Below are positions 1 to 12,800 of a DNA stretch of 64,000 bases, piece after piece. Positions within the stretch are counted from its first letter, which is position 1, and every line of letters begins with the position of its first letter. Origin of the DNA: Podarcis bocagei (Eukaryota); NCBI GenBank assembly GCA_964188305.1, contig OZ076893.1. One strand, written 5' to 3'. The notes under the pieces are model-generated. The model did not search any database, was not told the DNA's origin, and saw nothing but the letters and a program-made list of their open reading frames with translations. Position numbers and translations under genes: made by a program.

Positions 1-157
1 GACATCCTTTTATATATTTGAACATGGCTATCATATCACCCCTTAACCTCCTCTTCTCCAGGCTAAACATGCCCAGCTCCCTTAGCCGTTCCTCATAAGG
101 CATCGTTTCCAGGCCTTTGACCATTTTGGTTGCCCTCCTCTGGACACGTTCCAGTTT
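1..157 (-). mobile_element. CR1 LINE ORF2 C-terminal fragment
   Basis: Minus-strand translation [51 protein letters not shown], typical of CR1. Confidence 0.92.
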
Positions 158-733
158 GAAGAAATGCATTCCCCACTTTTCAACACATTTCCAAGACAGC
201 TTACAATTATTAAACAGAAATATTAGCACACACAATTTAAAAGAGCAAAAGTGACCAGAGATAAAATAAATATTTAACTGGACATGCCTTCAACAGAAAC
301 TACCAATGGATTTGAGTTCTGCTGGCAAATATAGTTGGACACATACAATAAGGGAGCAGACTACTATTATATTAAGATATTTTGGTATTTTATGCAAATA
401 AAATAAGAAAAAATAATTAACCAACCAATCAACCAACAAAAGAGAAAGAGATGGAACACACACTTATGCCTGCCTAATATCATGTATGGGAGGCACAAAG
501 AGAAAACCCGCTGAGGCCAGGTGCAATCCTATAGAAGCAGGTTATTCCTCAGGTAAACTGACCCCAAGCAATTCTTCATTTACTCCCATAACTGCAAACT
601 TCATCTAGGAAATGCAAACTACTCCCTTTAAAGCAATAGATGAAAGCTTAACTGACAAGCTGAAATTAGTTTTCTAAAACCAAGGCATTTGGCAGAATTT
701 TCATAACCATAGACACTTATTTAAGCCACTTAC

Positions 734-839
734 TTTTTGTCCATTATCACAATGTACATAAATAAGGCCACTCCATGGAAAGATGGATTTCTTTTCTGCG
801 AGTGATGGATTTGGACTCACATAAATTGAAATGTTGCTT
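734..839 (-). CDS. CEP192: CEP192 exon 39 (last exon found in window)
   Basis: ISIYVSPNPSLAEKKSIFPWSGLIYVHCDNGQK. Confidence 0.93.
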
Positions 840-3800
840 CTAGAAATAAGACGTCCAGTGCATTAATTTTAATATGCTAAATGAAATCAATGTTTCATTA
901 TTAGATCTGGTTACTGTTCTTCTTGACTTTTTTGTACACAATAGATGAAATTTTAGTATTCTATTAATTTAATATGAGGATTTGCAAACCCACGCCTATC
1001 TAAAAGTCTAGCTTCATAAGGACAAGGAAAAACTCACATAGTGATGTTTCAATCACCAATGCACCTGCCATGTACACAGGGCTAAAATTATTAGGTCTAT
1101 GATACAACACTATCAGAAGCAAAATATCAAGCGGGGTGACAATATCCTTGCCAACTGTATAACTATTATTGTGACAGGTGCAATATATCAGCTTCAGATC
1201 ATATGGTTGCAACATTTTTCATAGAAGACTATGAAGTCATGTGTGAGACAGGCTCTAACTTTAAGTTATTTAAATGTATCATAGTACTGTCAGCTCATAA
1301 AAAAACTGAAATACACTGCTAACTCAATCTGAATCATATATCTTCTATACATACAGTATTAATTTTTTCTGTGCTAACCACAAATACTTTAGGTTATCCT
1401 TAAGAATTAAAGGTTTTTCTCAGCATAAATAAAAACAAGGCTGTTTATTCTTTTAGGAAAGAAAAGCTTGACACTATGGACATAGCCAGAAACTCTTTTC
1501 ACAACTGTACAAAGATTCCTTCCCTTTCACCTTCATGCTATCTCAAGAGCTGGATGTAATCAGACTGACAGTGCAATCCCATACAATGGCACTGAGATGC
1601 AAGTCCCATTGAATTCTGCAGAAACTAGTCGTGCATAAGTGGATATAGGATTGCAACCTTAGTTACTGCAAAGCACAGTTTTCAAATATATGGAGTCATG
1701 TGGAAAAGTAATGAACAATGGAAGTACTTACCCTGGTTCAATAGTTCCATGCTGAGGTGTTACTGTCAGACAGTGAGCAGGCCACGATAGCTCAAATGTC
1801 AATGACCTGTTTGAGTTGTTACTTATTTGTGCATGTTTAGTAATCGCAGCTCCACCTTTTGAGATAAGAATTGCATGAATTCTCAGTTATCTTATAATAC
1901 ATTTAAGTGCTATTTACAAAGCATTAACAACTGTATCAATTATGCAAATGATACTTCCAAATTTACACATGCAGTAATGAATCAAAGGCTTTTACATAAT
2001 ACAGCTATAGGAAAAAAGCATGTATTACTTTATTGATATCTAAATAGTGGGTTTGGAGTTACTTTGGAAAGTGGAAACTTTACAACCACTGACTAGACTG
2101 CCAGCAACTGATTTGTTACCAACATTGAAACAAGGAATCTTTTACTTCCTTGTAACAAATTAGAACTACAGCCGTATCTTGGTTCTTGAACGGAATCGGT
2201 TCCAGAATTCCGATCAACTTCCGAAAACATTCAAAAACCAAGACGCGGCTTCTGATTGGCTGCAGGAGCTTCCTGCACTCAATCAGAAGCCGCGTTGGAC
2301 GTTTGGCTTCCCAAAAATGTTCACAAACCGGAATACTCACTTCCGGGTTTGCGGCATTCAGGAACCAAAGCGTTCAAGTCACAAGGCGTTCCAGAACCAA
2401 GGTATGACTGTAACAAGGAGATCTGTAAAACACAGAAAATCCCACTGAAAGTTTCTAGGTAAGCTTTTGAAGTCATCTCTACTACAGAAATAAATTCTCT
2501 TAATTCCAGAATTTATGCATCATGATCAATTTATCAACAGAGTTCTATATACATGGAGAAATATTCCCAATCCCAAACAAATTCAGTTTATTATTGTGCC
2601 TCACAGTAATACTATCTATCACATAACAATCCTAAGAAATGTATAGGTTACAAATATCATGGTGAATATTTTTAACAGTTCTTGAAACGTGTGAAAATAA
2701 CATACTTTGAGAAGGAGCAGTGAGAATTAGAAATTCAGGCTGAAGAGTCCAGTTTTCCTTGGAAACAAGCTTATTTTCATCAATGCTATCAGCATTTGAT
2801 GACAATGCACAACCATGAGGTCCTTTAACAGGTAGTACATCCAAAGTCATATTGGATTTCTCAGGAACACCAGGTCTATGAAACAGAGAAAGAGCAGTTC
2901 AACACCAAATACTAGGAAACGAGACAAGAGAAGCAAATATGAGTATAAAACTTGCCTTCTAAAAGAAAATAAAAAACCCTTGCCTTACTTAGCCAGAGTT
3001 TCAGACAGATAAAAACTGATAAAAAGCAATTAAAAGTTAGCAGATGAATTTAGTATTCTGAAAATGATTTTCAGTTCCAACATAACCTTTCCCCTATGTA
3101 TTACTCCACAGGAATCATATCAACACCCACAACCACTAAGAAAGATTATATACAGATCCCAGTCACTGAAGTAGTCCAGTCAGGTAACTACACATTATGA
3201 CCTAATTTCAGAGACTTTTAATTCTTATTTTTGTTGGAATATTCAAAGTTTACCAAGGTAGAGGAACTGCTTACCAGTATTTCAGAAAATACTAAAAAAT
3301 GACAAATAAAATTACCTCTCTAGTGCTACACGATGCACTGAAGATGGCTTGATATCGAAAGCAGAACTACTGAAGGCATTAACCGCCGAAACAATAATCC
3401 TTCTCATGTTCATGAAAAAGTACTGGATATCAAACGAATGTTGCGGAAGATCATATACTAGAGAAGACATTTAAAAATCAAAAGCAAAGCTGGATTAATG
3501 AAACAAACTGCAGTATTTACTGAAGATTGGTGACTAATGACAGACTAATCAACTGGGTTATTACTGTCTTTACAGACAGTAATTGCATTCCTGGACCCTT
3601 TCAAATTCTTTAGAAGTTAAAAGAGAAAATGGACATAGTCCATCACCAGCCTCCCAGCAGATACACAAGGTAAGTAATTCCCACTGATTTCAAATGGAAC
3701 TTCCAAATATGTACATTTAGGATAAAAGCTAATGTTGTAAAGGTGACATGAATGATGCAAGCTTCAGAAACGCATTAAAAAGTTATAGCTAGAATTAGAG

Positions 3801-6800
3801 CAAGATCAAGCAACTACTGCTGCCAAAGGCAGATGAAAAGGGAATCCTAAATAGCATTGGAGGAATGACAATGGGAGATGGGAGAGAGAAAAGATTTGCT
3901 ATGGAGAGGACAGAGATGGCTGCATGGTTGAGTTCTCAACCAGTATTGGACAGTGAGATGGGCTGCTCACTTGACTTCCAGCAGGTCGCATAGGTGTTGC
4001 TTCCTGGGAGGGTAAGGAGGCTGTGAGGTCTGGGGACAGAAACAGCAGCAACATGATGGACCTAGAGGTCAGGTGAGAAGCACTGCGCTACCACAATATC
4101 CCCTACTATCAAGCATGTTAAAAACAACCCAGCTGCACTAGCACCTGCATTATGATAACCAGATTGCAAGAATATAATCATTTGAATAAGGGAAAGTGGT
4201 AAAGGTAAAGGTAAAGGGACCCCTGACTATTAGGTCCAGTTGCAGACGACTCTGGGGTTGCGGCGCTCATCTCGCTTTATTGGCCAAGGGAGCCGGCATA
4301 CAGCTTCCGGGTCATGTGGACAGCATGACTAAGCCACTTCTGGCAAACCAGAGCAGCACACGGAAACGCCGTTTACCTTCCTGCCGGAGCAGTACCTATT
4401 TATCTACTTGCACTTTGACGTGCTTTCGAACTGCTAGGTTGGCAGGAGCAGGGACCGAGCAACGGGAGCTCACCCTGTCACGGGGATTCAAACCGCCGAA
4501 CTTCTGATCAGCAGAGAAAGTGGTAGTGAAAGCTAAATTTGAAATACATCTAAAGAATGGCGAGAAATCAAATATACAAACAAGTAGATATTCTCAGGGT
4601 GGTCAAGCTTACCTTCAGTCACCAGCTCTTCCCCAGGGAATTCTTCATCAAACTTTACATTTATCACAGGATTATTAGCAGGAAGCATTTTTTGCACTTG
4701 CTCTGGATTTTGCTGTACAGCTCTGAGTAGACAATTGAGAGTTTTCAAGTCTCATTAACGTTATGAAGAAGCATTTAACAAAGACACTAAAATACTCTGT
4801 AAAGCATTCAATCCAATTACCCCACTTTAAAAGCATTTATGCACTGCAGTGTGCTTAGGGACTACATCTGATCAGCTTCTTATTCCCAATGAGAAACATA
4901 ACATAACTCAATCATCCTTCCACAAATGTGTCCAAAAGTTTCCTTCCAGCAATCATCTGCCCCAGATGTCCAGTATGCTGGTTAAAGACCCACACAGAGT
5001 TAGAACTCTGGAAGTATAATCTTGCCTTCCACTGGTCTGTGGAGAGTCCAACTACTACTGATTTGTCTGCACATAACAGAGGACAAAGGGGAGGGGAGAA
5101 GCAGCACTGACAATGACCACATATAATGCCCTGCTACTAACAACAGAGAAAGTTTATGGGCCCACAAACATTGTGCCCAGCAAGCTCAAATTAGGCCAGA
5201 TAATAGGAACTACTTTGGTTATGTTGCAGGGAAGAGGGAAACACCTACATATGTCTGTTTCCTAGATGTACTGCTCTTACATGTTCATTGTGGGATTGTT
5301 GGAAGTTGGCAACTTGTTACGAAGCATTTGACTACCAGGCACAAGGGGAGAGGGAGCAGGACTAAAAACAAAGACATTCTAACACCCTCAAGTGCTAACC
5401 TGCCATAGCCAGAAAATGAAGCAAATCTGAGTGCTGAACACAGCTGCATACTCCAGTCTTTTCCAAACCTTTTGCAAACGTATTTTACAATAAGGGATTT
5501 TATAATCCAAAAAAGTGAACTTGTTCCTGTTCTTGATACCAGTGACTGTTGATCTTTGAACACAGACAGAGTTGGCTATGTTATTTAATAACCACTAATA
5601 CAGAGCTTTCCAAACTTTTCATGTTGGTGACACCCATTTTAGACATGCATCCTTTCACGACACAGTAATTCAGTTTTACTAGCAACTGGAGGTTAAACTA
5701 ACCCCTTTTTAGCCCTGGGAGCAGTGTGGGGAGCATTTGCGTGACACAGCCGACACACCAATGTTTCATGACACACAGTTTGAAAAGCTCTGTAGTAATA
5801 TTTAACAGCCAATATAAAAAAAAAAAACTTTTATTCTTTAAATATCCATTCTAACCATCTGCTTCTTATTTCTTAAGAACAGATAGTAATGAATATACTT
5901 GTCATTTCCCAAAAAACATTTAGCCTTACCTGCGATACTGCTGTCTCAAAATTTCATCTCCATAGACAAAACAAATTGTAGACAACACTGGTGAATTACT
6001 TTGATCTTCAGTTGAATTATATGTTACTGTAACTTTCTGAGAGGAAACAGTCAAATTTTGGTAAATTAATTTGTGGCACAATTGTCTGAATTATATGTAA
6101 GATTCACAAACACAAAGCAAGATTTTATGGCACATTTTTGGGTGGGTGGGGGGAATGTTAACAGCTTACACATTTTATAGGTCTTGCGTAATATATATAT
6201 ATTGTGGCTTTCATATTACCTGCTGTGAACTTTCCTGAAGAACAAACTTTTCTGGGGAAACTCTCATCACATTTGGATCCATAACAATTATTTCACTTGA
6301 GTTCTTAAAGCACAGTGCTTTCACGTACGCAGCCCGACTCCCTGTATTTTGTACAGAAAAGGAAGCCTGTCTTGTTTTACCATTCAGCCCCGCTATATCA
6401 TTCAGCCCCACTATGTATCTATTACAGTGTTTTTTAACATCTTCTAATCTCAGATTGCTATTTCCTCCATATCCATACAATGGTATCTGAAAGAAAGAAA
6501 AACGTACATTTAGAAAAACCAGAATTGAAATAACCTTGCTCCCAGTTTCATTATCCCCAACTTTAATATTCAAAAAGAATTCTAAAATTCTTTAAAATGT
6601 TCATATGTAGCACACCCTAAAGACCAAAAGCAGGGTAAAAGTAAGCAGAATAATGACTGGTTTCTGATGTGTACGAGTAACAGGATCTTTACAGGCAGGC
6701 AGATGCAAGTTGAAGGAAGTTGGCTCTGTTGGGAACAGCTATTTCATGGTGCCCTGAAATGGTTCTTCACAAAGGCGTCCCTCACCTTCACCACTGAGAA

Positions 6801-9800
6801 AAGTGAGGAAAGCAAGCTTCTTTGGGAGCTACTAGAATGACTGACTTAAGACACTGAAAGGCCCAGAACACGAAGAAAAAGATATCCAAAGTGCAAGGCA
6901 AGGGAGTTACTGAGATGTGGAGAGACTCTCTACCACTCTTAATATCAAGAAAACTACTGGAGTACAAAAAATAAAATCCAAGGAGGTTATAGTGGTCAGT
7001 TTTTTGTCTGGCTTACAGTCAGAAGAGACTTCAAAACATCTTGAAGGACTTACTGCAAAAATGAACATAATAAATTCAGAAACATCCCATGAAATAGGAT
7101 CAGTGTAAAAAGTAACTTACAGTGAACTTGATTCCTAGCTGAGATAGAAGACCAAGCTGTTTCATTTCAAGCTTTGCATACATACAGGTTAATCGAGTTG
7201 GTGTAAACATTAGACAGACAGAATAATCATGTTTTGGACGAATCTTGATTTCACAATTATTGTACACATGTTCTCCAAGTTTCAACTGCAAATATGCAAG
7301 AAAATTCAGACAGCAAATTAATTTACTTCAGAAAATTAATTTAGAAGAGTTAAGATTTTAATGAACAGTTTAAACCCAAATAATTTGCTCCAATAATTCT
7401 ATGACCTCTGAGGTGTGCCACTCTATGGAAATGCTGACATAGTAAGAATAAGTGTTTTTTATTCATTACTAATTTGCAACGTTTTCCATGCACAGAGATA
7501 AATCTCAATACAGGAAGAATGTGTAAATGGCTAAACTGATGGCTCCATTCAAATTGGCACCCTCTCTTTCTTTGAACTTCCTTCTCTCCCTTTGGGATTC
7601 CCCCACCCACCCACCCACATGAAATTAGGATGATCATCTCATCCTGTTCTCCATCCCTAGTTATAAGAATCTTAAGTTTGGTCATTTTTTTTCAAATTTG
7701 TGGTTTTAAAAGCTGCTGAATATTTTCTACTATAACACTGCTCTGTGAAATGCAGAGTATGTTAAAGAAAAATTCAAGATTCTTAAGTCTGATACAACAA
7801 AACTAGCAGCAAATACTGCTGTAAGAGGGACACTGGCATAACAAAACCAACATTTCAGAAATTTAAAATTTGAAATCATGTCCACTGTACTCTCCTGTAT
7901 GTGCTGATAAAGTCCAACTGAATTTGATGAGATTTACTCTGAAGTAACTGTGTACAGCATGGCAGACTAAGAATATACCATTTGAAGGCTTATTTCAGTG
8001 AGAATATTAAAATAAATCCTAGCTTCAGTTTCAAATACCAAGTATATTTGAATCTGAATTTATATAAACAGTTTCAGTTTTGCATTACTTACTTGAAAAC
8101 AGTCCTGATCTTGACCCCTTATCAGCAATCTTAACTGCTGAGTAATAGATGGAGAGTTATTTCTCAGGATTAGCTTCTGCTGACTGAAAAAATATAGAAA
8201 TTTTAACGTTTCATAGTAATTTGCTTATATTTATGAACAGTTGCCCTGATAATCCACCAAGAATTACAGCATGGCAAATCCAAGGAAATCTAGTGAAGAA
8301 TTAGTTGGTCTAGCTGTACACCTGTGATTTTACTCAGTTATAATAGTGTTATTTTCCATAAGACATATTTAGAACCTTATCGACAGTCTAAAGTTTTGGC
8401 TATTTATGTACAGCATGCACTTGCTTCTAAATGTACAGCAAAGGGTACAATGCTGAGAAGGCAGGCATATCCAACAGTAAATTTTGTGTGCCATTTAGGG
8501 GGCGCTTTGTTTTTTCTGTTAAAAAGGGTTGCCAGCTGCCAGGTATTTTATCTATTTACAGTGGTACTTGCCCACAGGAATGTACTGGATGAAGACCAAT
8601 ATACTGAAGCTCAGTAAGAAAAAGACAGTGACACTGTAGTCTCTCACACATCCCTAAATGCTGCTTCTGATGGTCATTTGGAATAGTGAGGGATATCACC
8701 AAACCTGACTGTGGACACGGCAAAGACAGTTCTGCTTATGCAGGGACTCCCTGGATCCGAGCATCACCATGTTTGAACAATGCATTGCCGGCAACCCTGA
8801 TTTGCATGGGGGTTGCATTCTAGGTCATTGAGTATGTTGGCAGAACGTGCATAAACCCACCCTGCTCTCTTCTGGGTTTGAAAATGGTGCATGCTTTCAA
8901 TGTACGCAAAATGGGAGTTGCCTGTTTTTTATACTCCTGAAAGAAAAATTGATTCACGCTTTATGTACCACCAGCAATCATGCACTGAATATCTTTTTTT
9001 CTTGGTACTTACACTGTTCTGCCAAGCTGTATACCTCCCCATGTCAGAAACTGCTTGTTAGCTAGGATGGGGGGAACTTCTGAACTGGGGTATTTCTGTA
9101 CCAAAGGTTTGCTCTCCACCGCAGTCACTTCGCCTTTTACAGTCACTTTATATTCTGGCCCAGATGGCAGCACCAAGATTTTTAAAACACTATTAAAATA
9201 AAGCATCAAGTTAGAAGTTCTGTAAAAAGAATTTCTACTTAATATCATTGGGCCAATTAGGTTGCATTACCTTTCAGCATTTCTATAGTCCTTTGGAGAA
9301 AACACAACTGTCACTTCTTGTTCCTCCCCAGGTATAAGAACCAGGTCCTCTGGATTGACAGAAATGCCGCTATCTGGCTCAAGTGCCTAGAAATGAATAG
9401 TGTTACTTCAAGGTGTCATCCTTTGATCCTCAGGTGACAATGGTAGCCAGGAATACTCTTTGTCTCCACTGGCTGCTACGCAAGATATATTTCCTAGAGA
9501 AACTGCATTTTGCCCGATACAATAATGTCCTAGTTGTATCCAAATTACAACACATAAGATACCCTTCACGGAGATGCCTTTGAAGAAAATTTAGAAGCTC
9601 CAAGTGGTGCAAAAGTGAATTACAGTGTTGTAACCAAAGTCCTTAGTTAGATCAAATTATATGGCTATTATTCTGTTCTGATCAGTTATAGTTTCTGAGC
9701 TCAATTAAAAATGCTGACTCCAAACCACTTCATAGATTTCAGTTAAGATACATGCATAGTTGCCATGATTTCCTAAGCTGTACCTCAAAGGGAGGATGTT

Positions 9801-12800
9801 AGCAGGAATGCTGAGATTCTCACCAGGATGTGCCAAGGGTTATGTAGCATCCACATAGTGCAAGAGCTTTCTAGTGGCCAACCATGTGGCTTTAGAAATA
9901 AAATCACATTACTAACCCAGCCCCCTACACACATAAGTAGATGATGCTATGGCAGAACTACTTGAGCAGCTGTCTTCTTTCTGCCCAACATAGCAGCAAC
10001 ATGGAAACTGTGTCTATTATTTCTCTTGTCTCAGAAGCAGGCACCAGGGGATTAGGCCCTATACTCCACTTTCCACTGTGGGTGAGTCCAGTTGACTAAG
10101 TCCAGCTGACAAAAGCAAAATGGGAACAATGATCCCCTCTGAAATTGTTGGTAAGACTGCAATATCAATTTGCACTTTAAATTTTTTGCCAGGAAAGAGT
10201 GAATTGGACTCTCTTTCTATTATGTACTGATTAAGTTAGACTGATTTGGTTGACAGTAATTTCAGAACTATTCCTTGGAAAAGTAAGGTAACCTACCAGG
10301 ATTTTCAAGTCAACTTTAATATTCCCAGCGTTCTTTAATGGCAACTGCTGCCTTGTTGATAATCCCATCCTCGCAGACATATATAAAGTCTAGAAAAGAT
10401 AGGTTTCAAGCGAAAGTTAGAAGTGAAATATAGACAGAAATAAGCTGTATCACAAAAGATAGTTTGGGGAAATGTACCTGAAGGCCTTTTGGAGCATATA
10501 TCCTAGGAGTTCCAGACCTTGCATGCAGAGGTATACTTAAAATTTTAGCAGGCTCTGGACAATCAACCTCCACATCAATTCTTGCAAAATACTCATCTGC
10601 AGGGCCCAAAGAATCTGAATAAAGTAAGTGCAAAGAATAAGATTGATCAAGTGTAAAATGTTATGATTTGTTCTAGAATGAGCTTTGACACAAAGTATTA
10701 TCAACATTAACCGTAACTACCCAACTGTGATGTCAAATTAGAATGTGTCTGGTGCTATGGTAGTATTTTACATCAATATTGGTCTGTTTAAGCAAAGCTC
10801 TCCATTTCAAAATGCTACAACTGGCCTTCAAAGCAGCAAATGAATGGAAACAGCAATAATGAAATACATCCTAAAAGATATGTTGAAGGAGGGCTTCGGC
10901 ATACCTCAAAGGTGTTTCAGCATGCAGAGTACATCATACAACTGGTTGAAGTGATACATTTTTGGCTTCCAGCCTCAACAAAAGATAGTGACTCAAGGTA
11001 AAATGGACCAGCTTTTCTACAAAGCTTAATGCATGCTTGACATGCCTCACATTAAAAGGCATGCATTACAATGAATACAAGGGACAGCACAGCTTATGGC
11101 ACATGCTTATATACATTTCTTAAGTGCTTGCCCATTACTGCCTGGCCCAGAACGTCCATGAAACTTGAAATCCTAGCACATTGCCTTCTTTAACCTAGGT
11201 ATGACACGAGTCAGTACTTGCAGACCTAAGTATGAAAATCTGCAAACAGGGATTTGGTATGTTAACGTTTATGCACAGGTTCAAACATTTTAATGCTTCT
11301 TGAATATCTAATGTGAGAGCTATTCATCACATAGCATGATATCAAATATCACAGACCTTAATTTGCTAAGCAGGTGTGACTCTGTTACTAAAAGCAAACT
11401 TTCAGCTAATCATTTAATGATAAATACTATTTTGGCTCTTTTCTGCCTGGGTCTCCAAACACATGAGCCTTATTCACATGATACTTTGTTCATTTAAATC
11501 TTAAAAAAAATCTAACTGCAAAGAGATTTGAAAGTTCTGAGTAGCAAAAGGTCTGCATACTAGATTTTGAATATTGGTTGGACTCATGAATATTATTTCA
11601 AGCAGAATTCTGGTCTGCTGGACTAACACAGATTCTTAATATTGTACAGTAGTACCTTGGTTGTCAAACGGCTTGGCTCCCAAATAAATCGGCTCCTGAA
11701 CGCCGCAAACCCGGAAGTAAGTGTTCCGGTTTGTGAACATTTTTTGGAAGCTGAACTTCCAACGCAGCTTCCGCGGCATCCAACTGAGTGCAGGAATCTC
11801 CGGCATCCAATTGGAAGCCACACCTTGGTTTTCGAATGGTTCCAGAAATCGAATGGACTCCCGGAACGGATTAAGTTTGACAACTAAGGTACCACTGTAC
11901 ATCGATTTCATAAGATAGCAGATCTATACCTGAAGTGATGCATTTGCTCGGTGCATGGAACTGAACCCACACTACTAGAACATCAGGCTCCTGGAAAGAA
12001 AGACATTTGTGTAGAATGAAACATTTTTAACTTTAAGACTTGATTATGGTTGAAACATTGATCAGCTACAACCTTCAAGCAGAATCATACTTTTAAAAGA
12101 CCATGGCTTTAAGTCTTTACTACCCTAAACTACAGATACAGTAGGAAGAGAGAAGGGCTCTTTTGTGGTGTAAATGGTTCTGTGCTCACCTGAACACAAC
12201 TGATCATGACTGGCAAAGAAAAGCACACCACCAATTTAAGTGAAAGACGGATGTCCCCAATACTAGGGCTGCCATACGTCCAGATTTTCCCAGAAACTAC
12301 CGGGATTTCAAAGGCAGAATTGACATACAGGGGAATTTTTGAAAGGTGGTGCTTTGTCCTGGATCTTAGGCAAATGCTTCCCAAATAAAAACTCTGTTAC
12401 TAAAAGCAAACTTTCGGCTAAGCATTTAGGAATAAATACTATTTTGGTTAATTCAACTATATTCATTTGGTTTATAGTGACTTACTTGCCCATCAGTTCT
12501 TGCATTCATTACATGGGATATCACCGATGGAGCTGCTCGCTGAGAAATGTCACAAGTAGGGAGCAAACTAACAGAAGCGTTAACTGGTTCCTTAGAAAAT
12601 GTGAAACACCGCCATGCTACAGCATTCTGTAATAAAGATGTTTTTTACATTTTAAAAGCAGAACATTACTGCCATCCCCTAAATTACCCAGCATTTCAGG
12701 TTGTTGACTGTTGTCAGGATATGCTAAATAGAGCCCTGCTGTTTTGCCAACTGAATAACATTTTCAAGCAAGAGGTGGTACCACACGGGTTCTGGGAAAG

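Noticed and set aside
8489-8507. CTCF-like motif GCCATTTAGGGGGCGCT
   Set aside because: The 5' half is out of register with the CTCF core by one base; not supportable without ChIP data.
11379-11435. Duplicated 57-mer as a possible intronic C/D snoRNA
   Set aside because: No proper RUGAUGA box, and the CTGA is not kept in the second copy.
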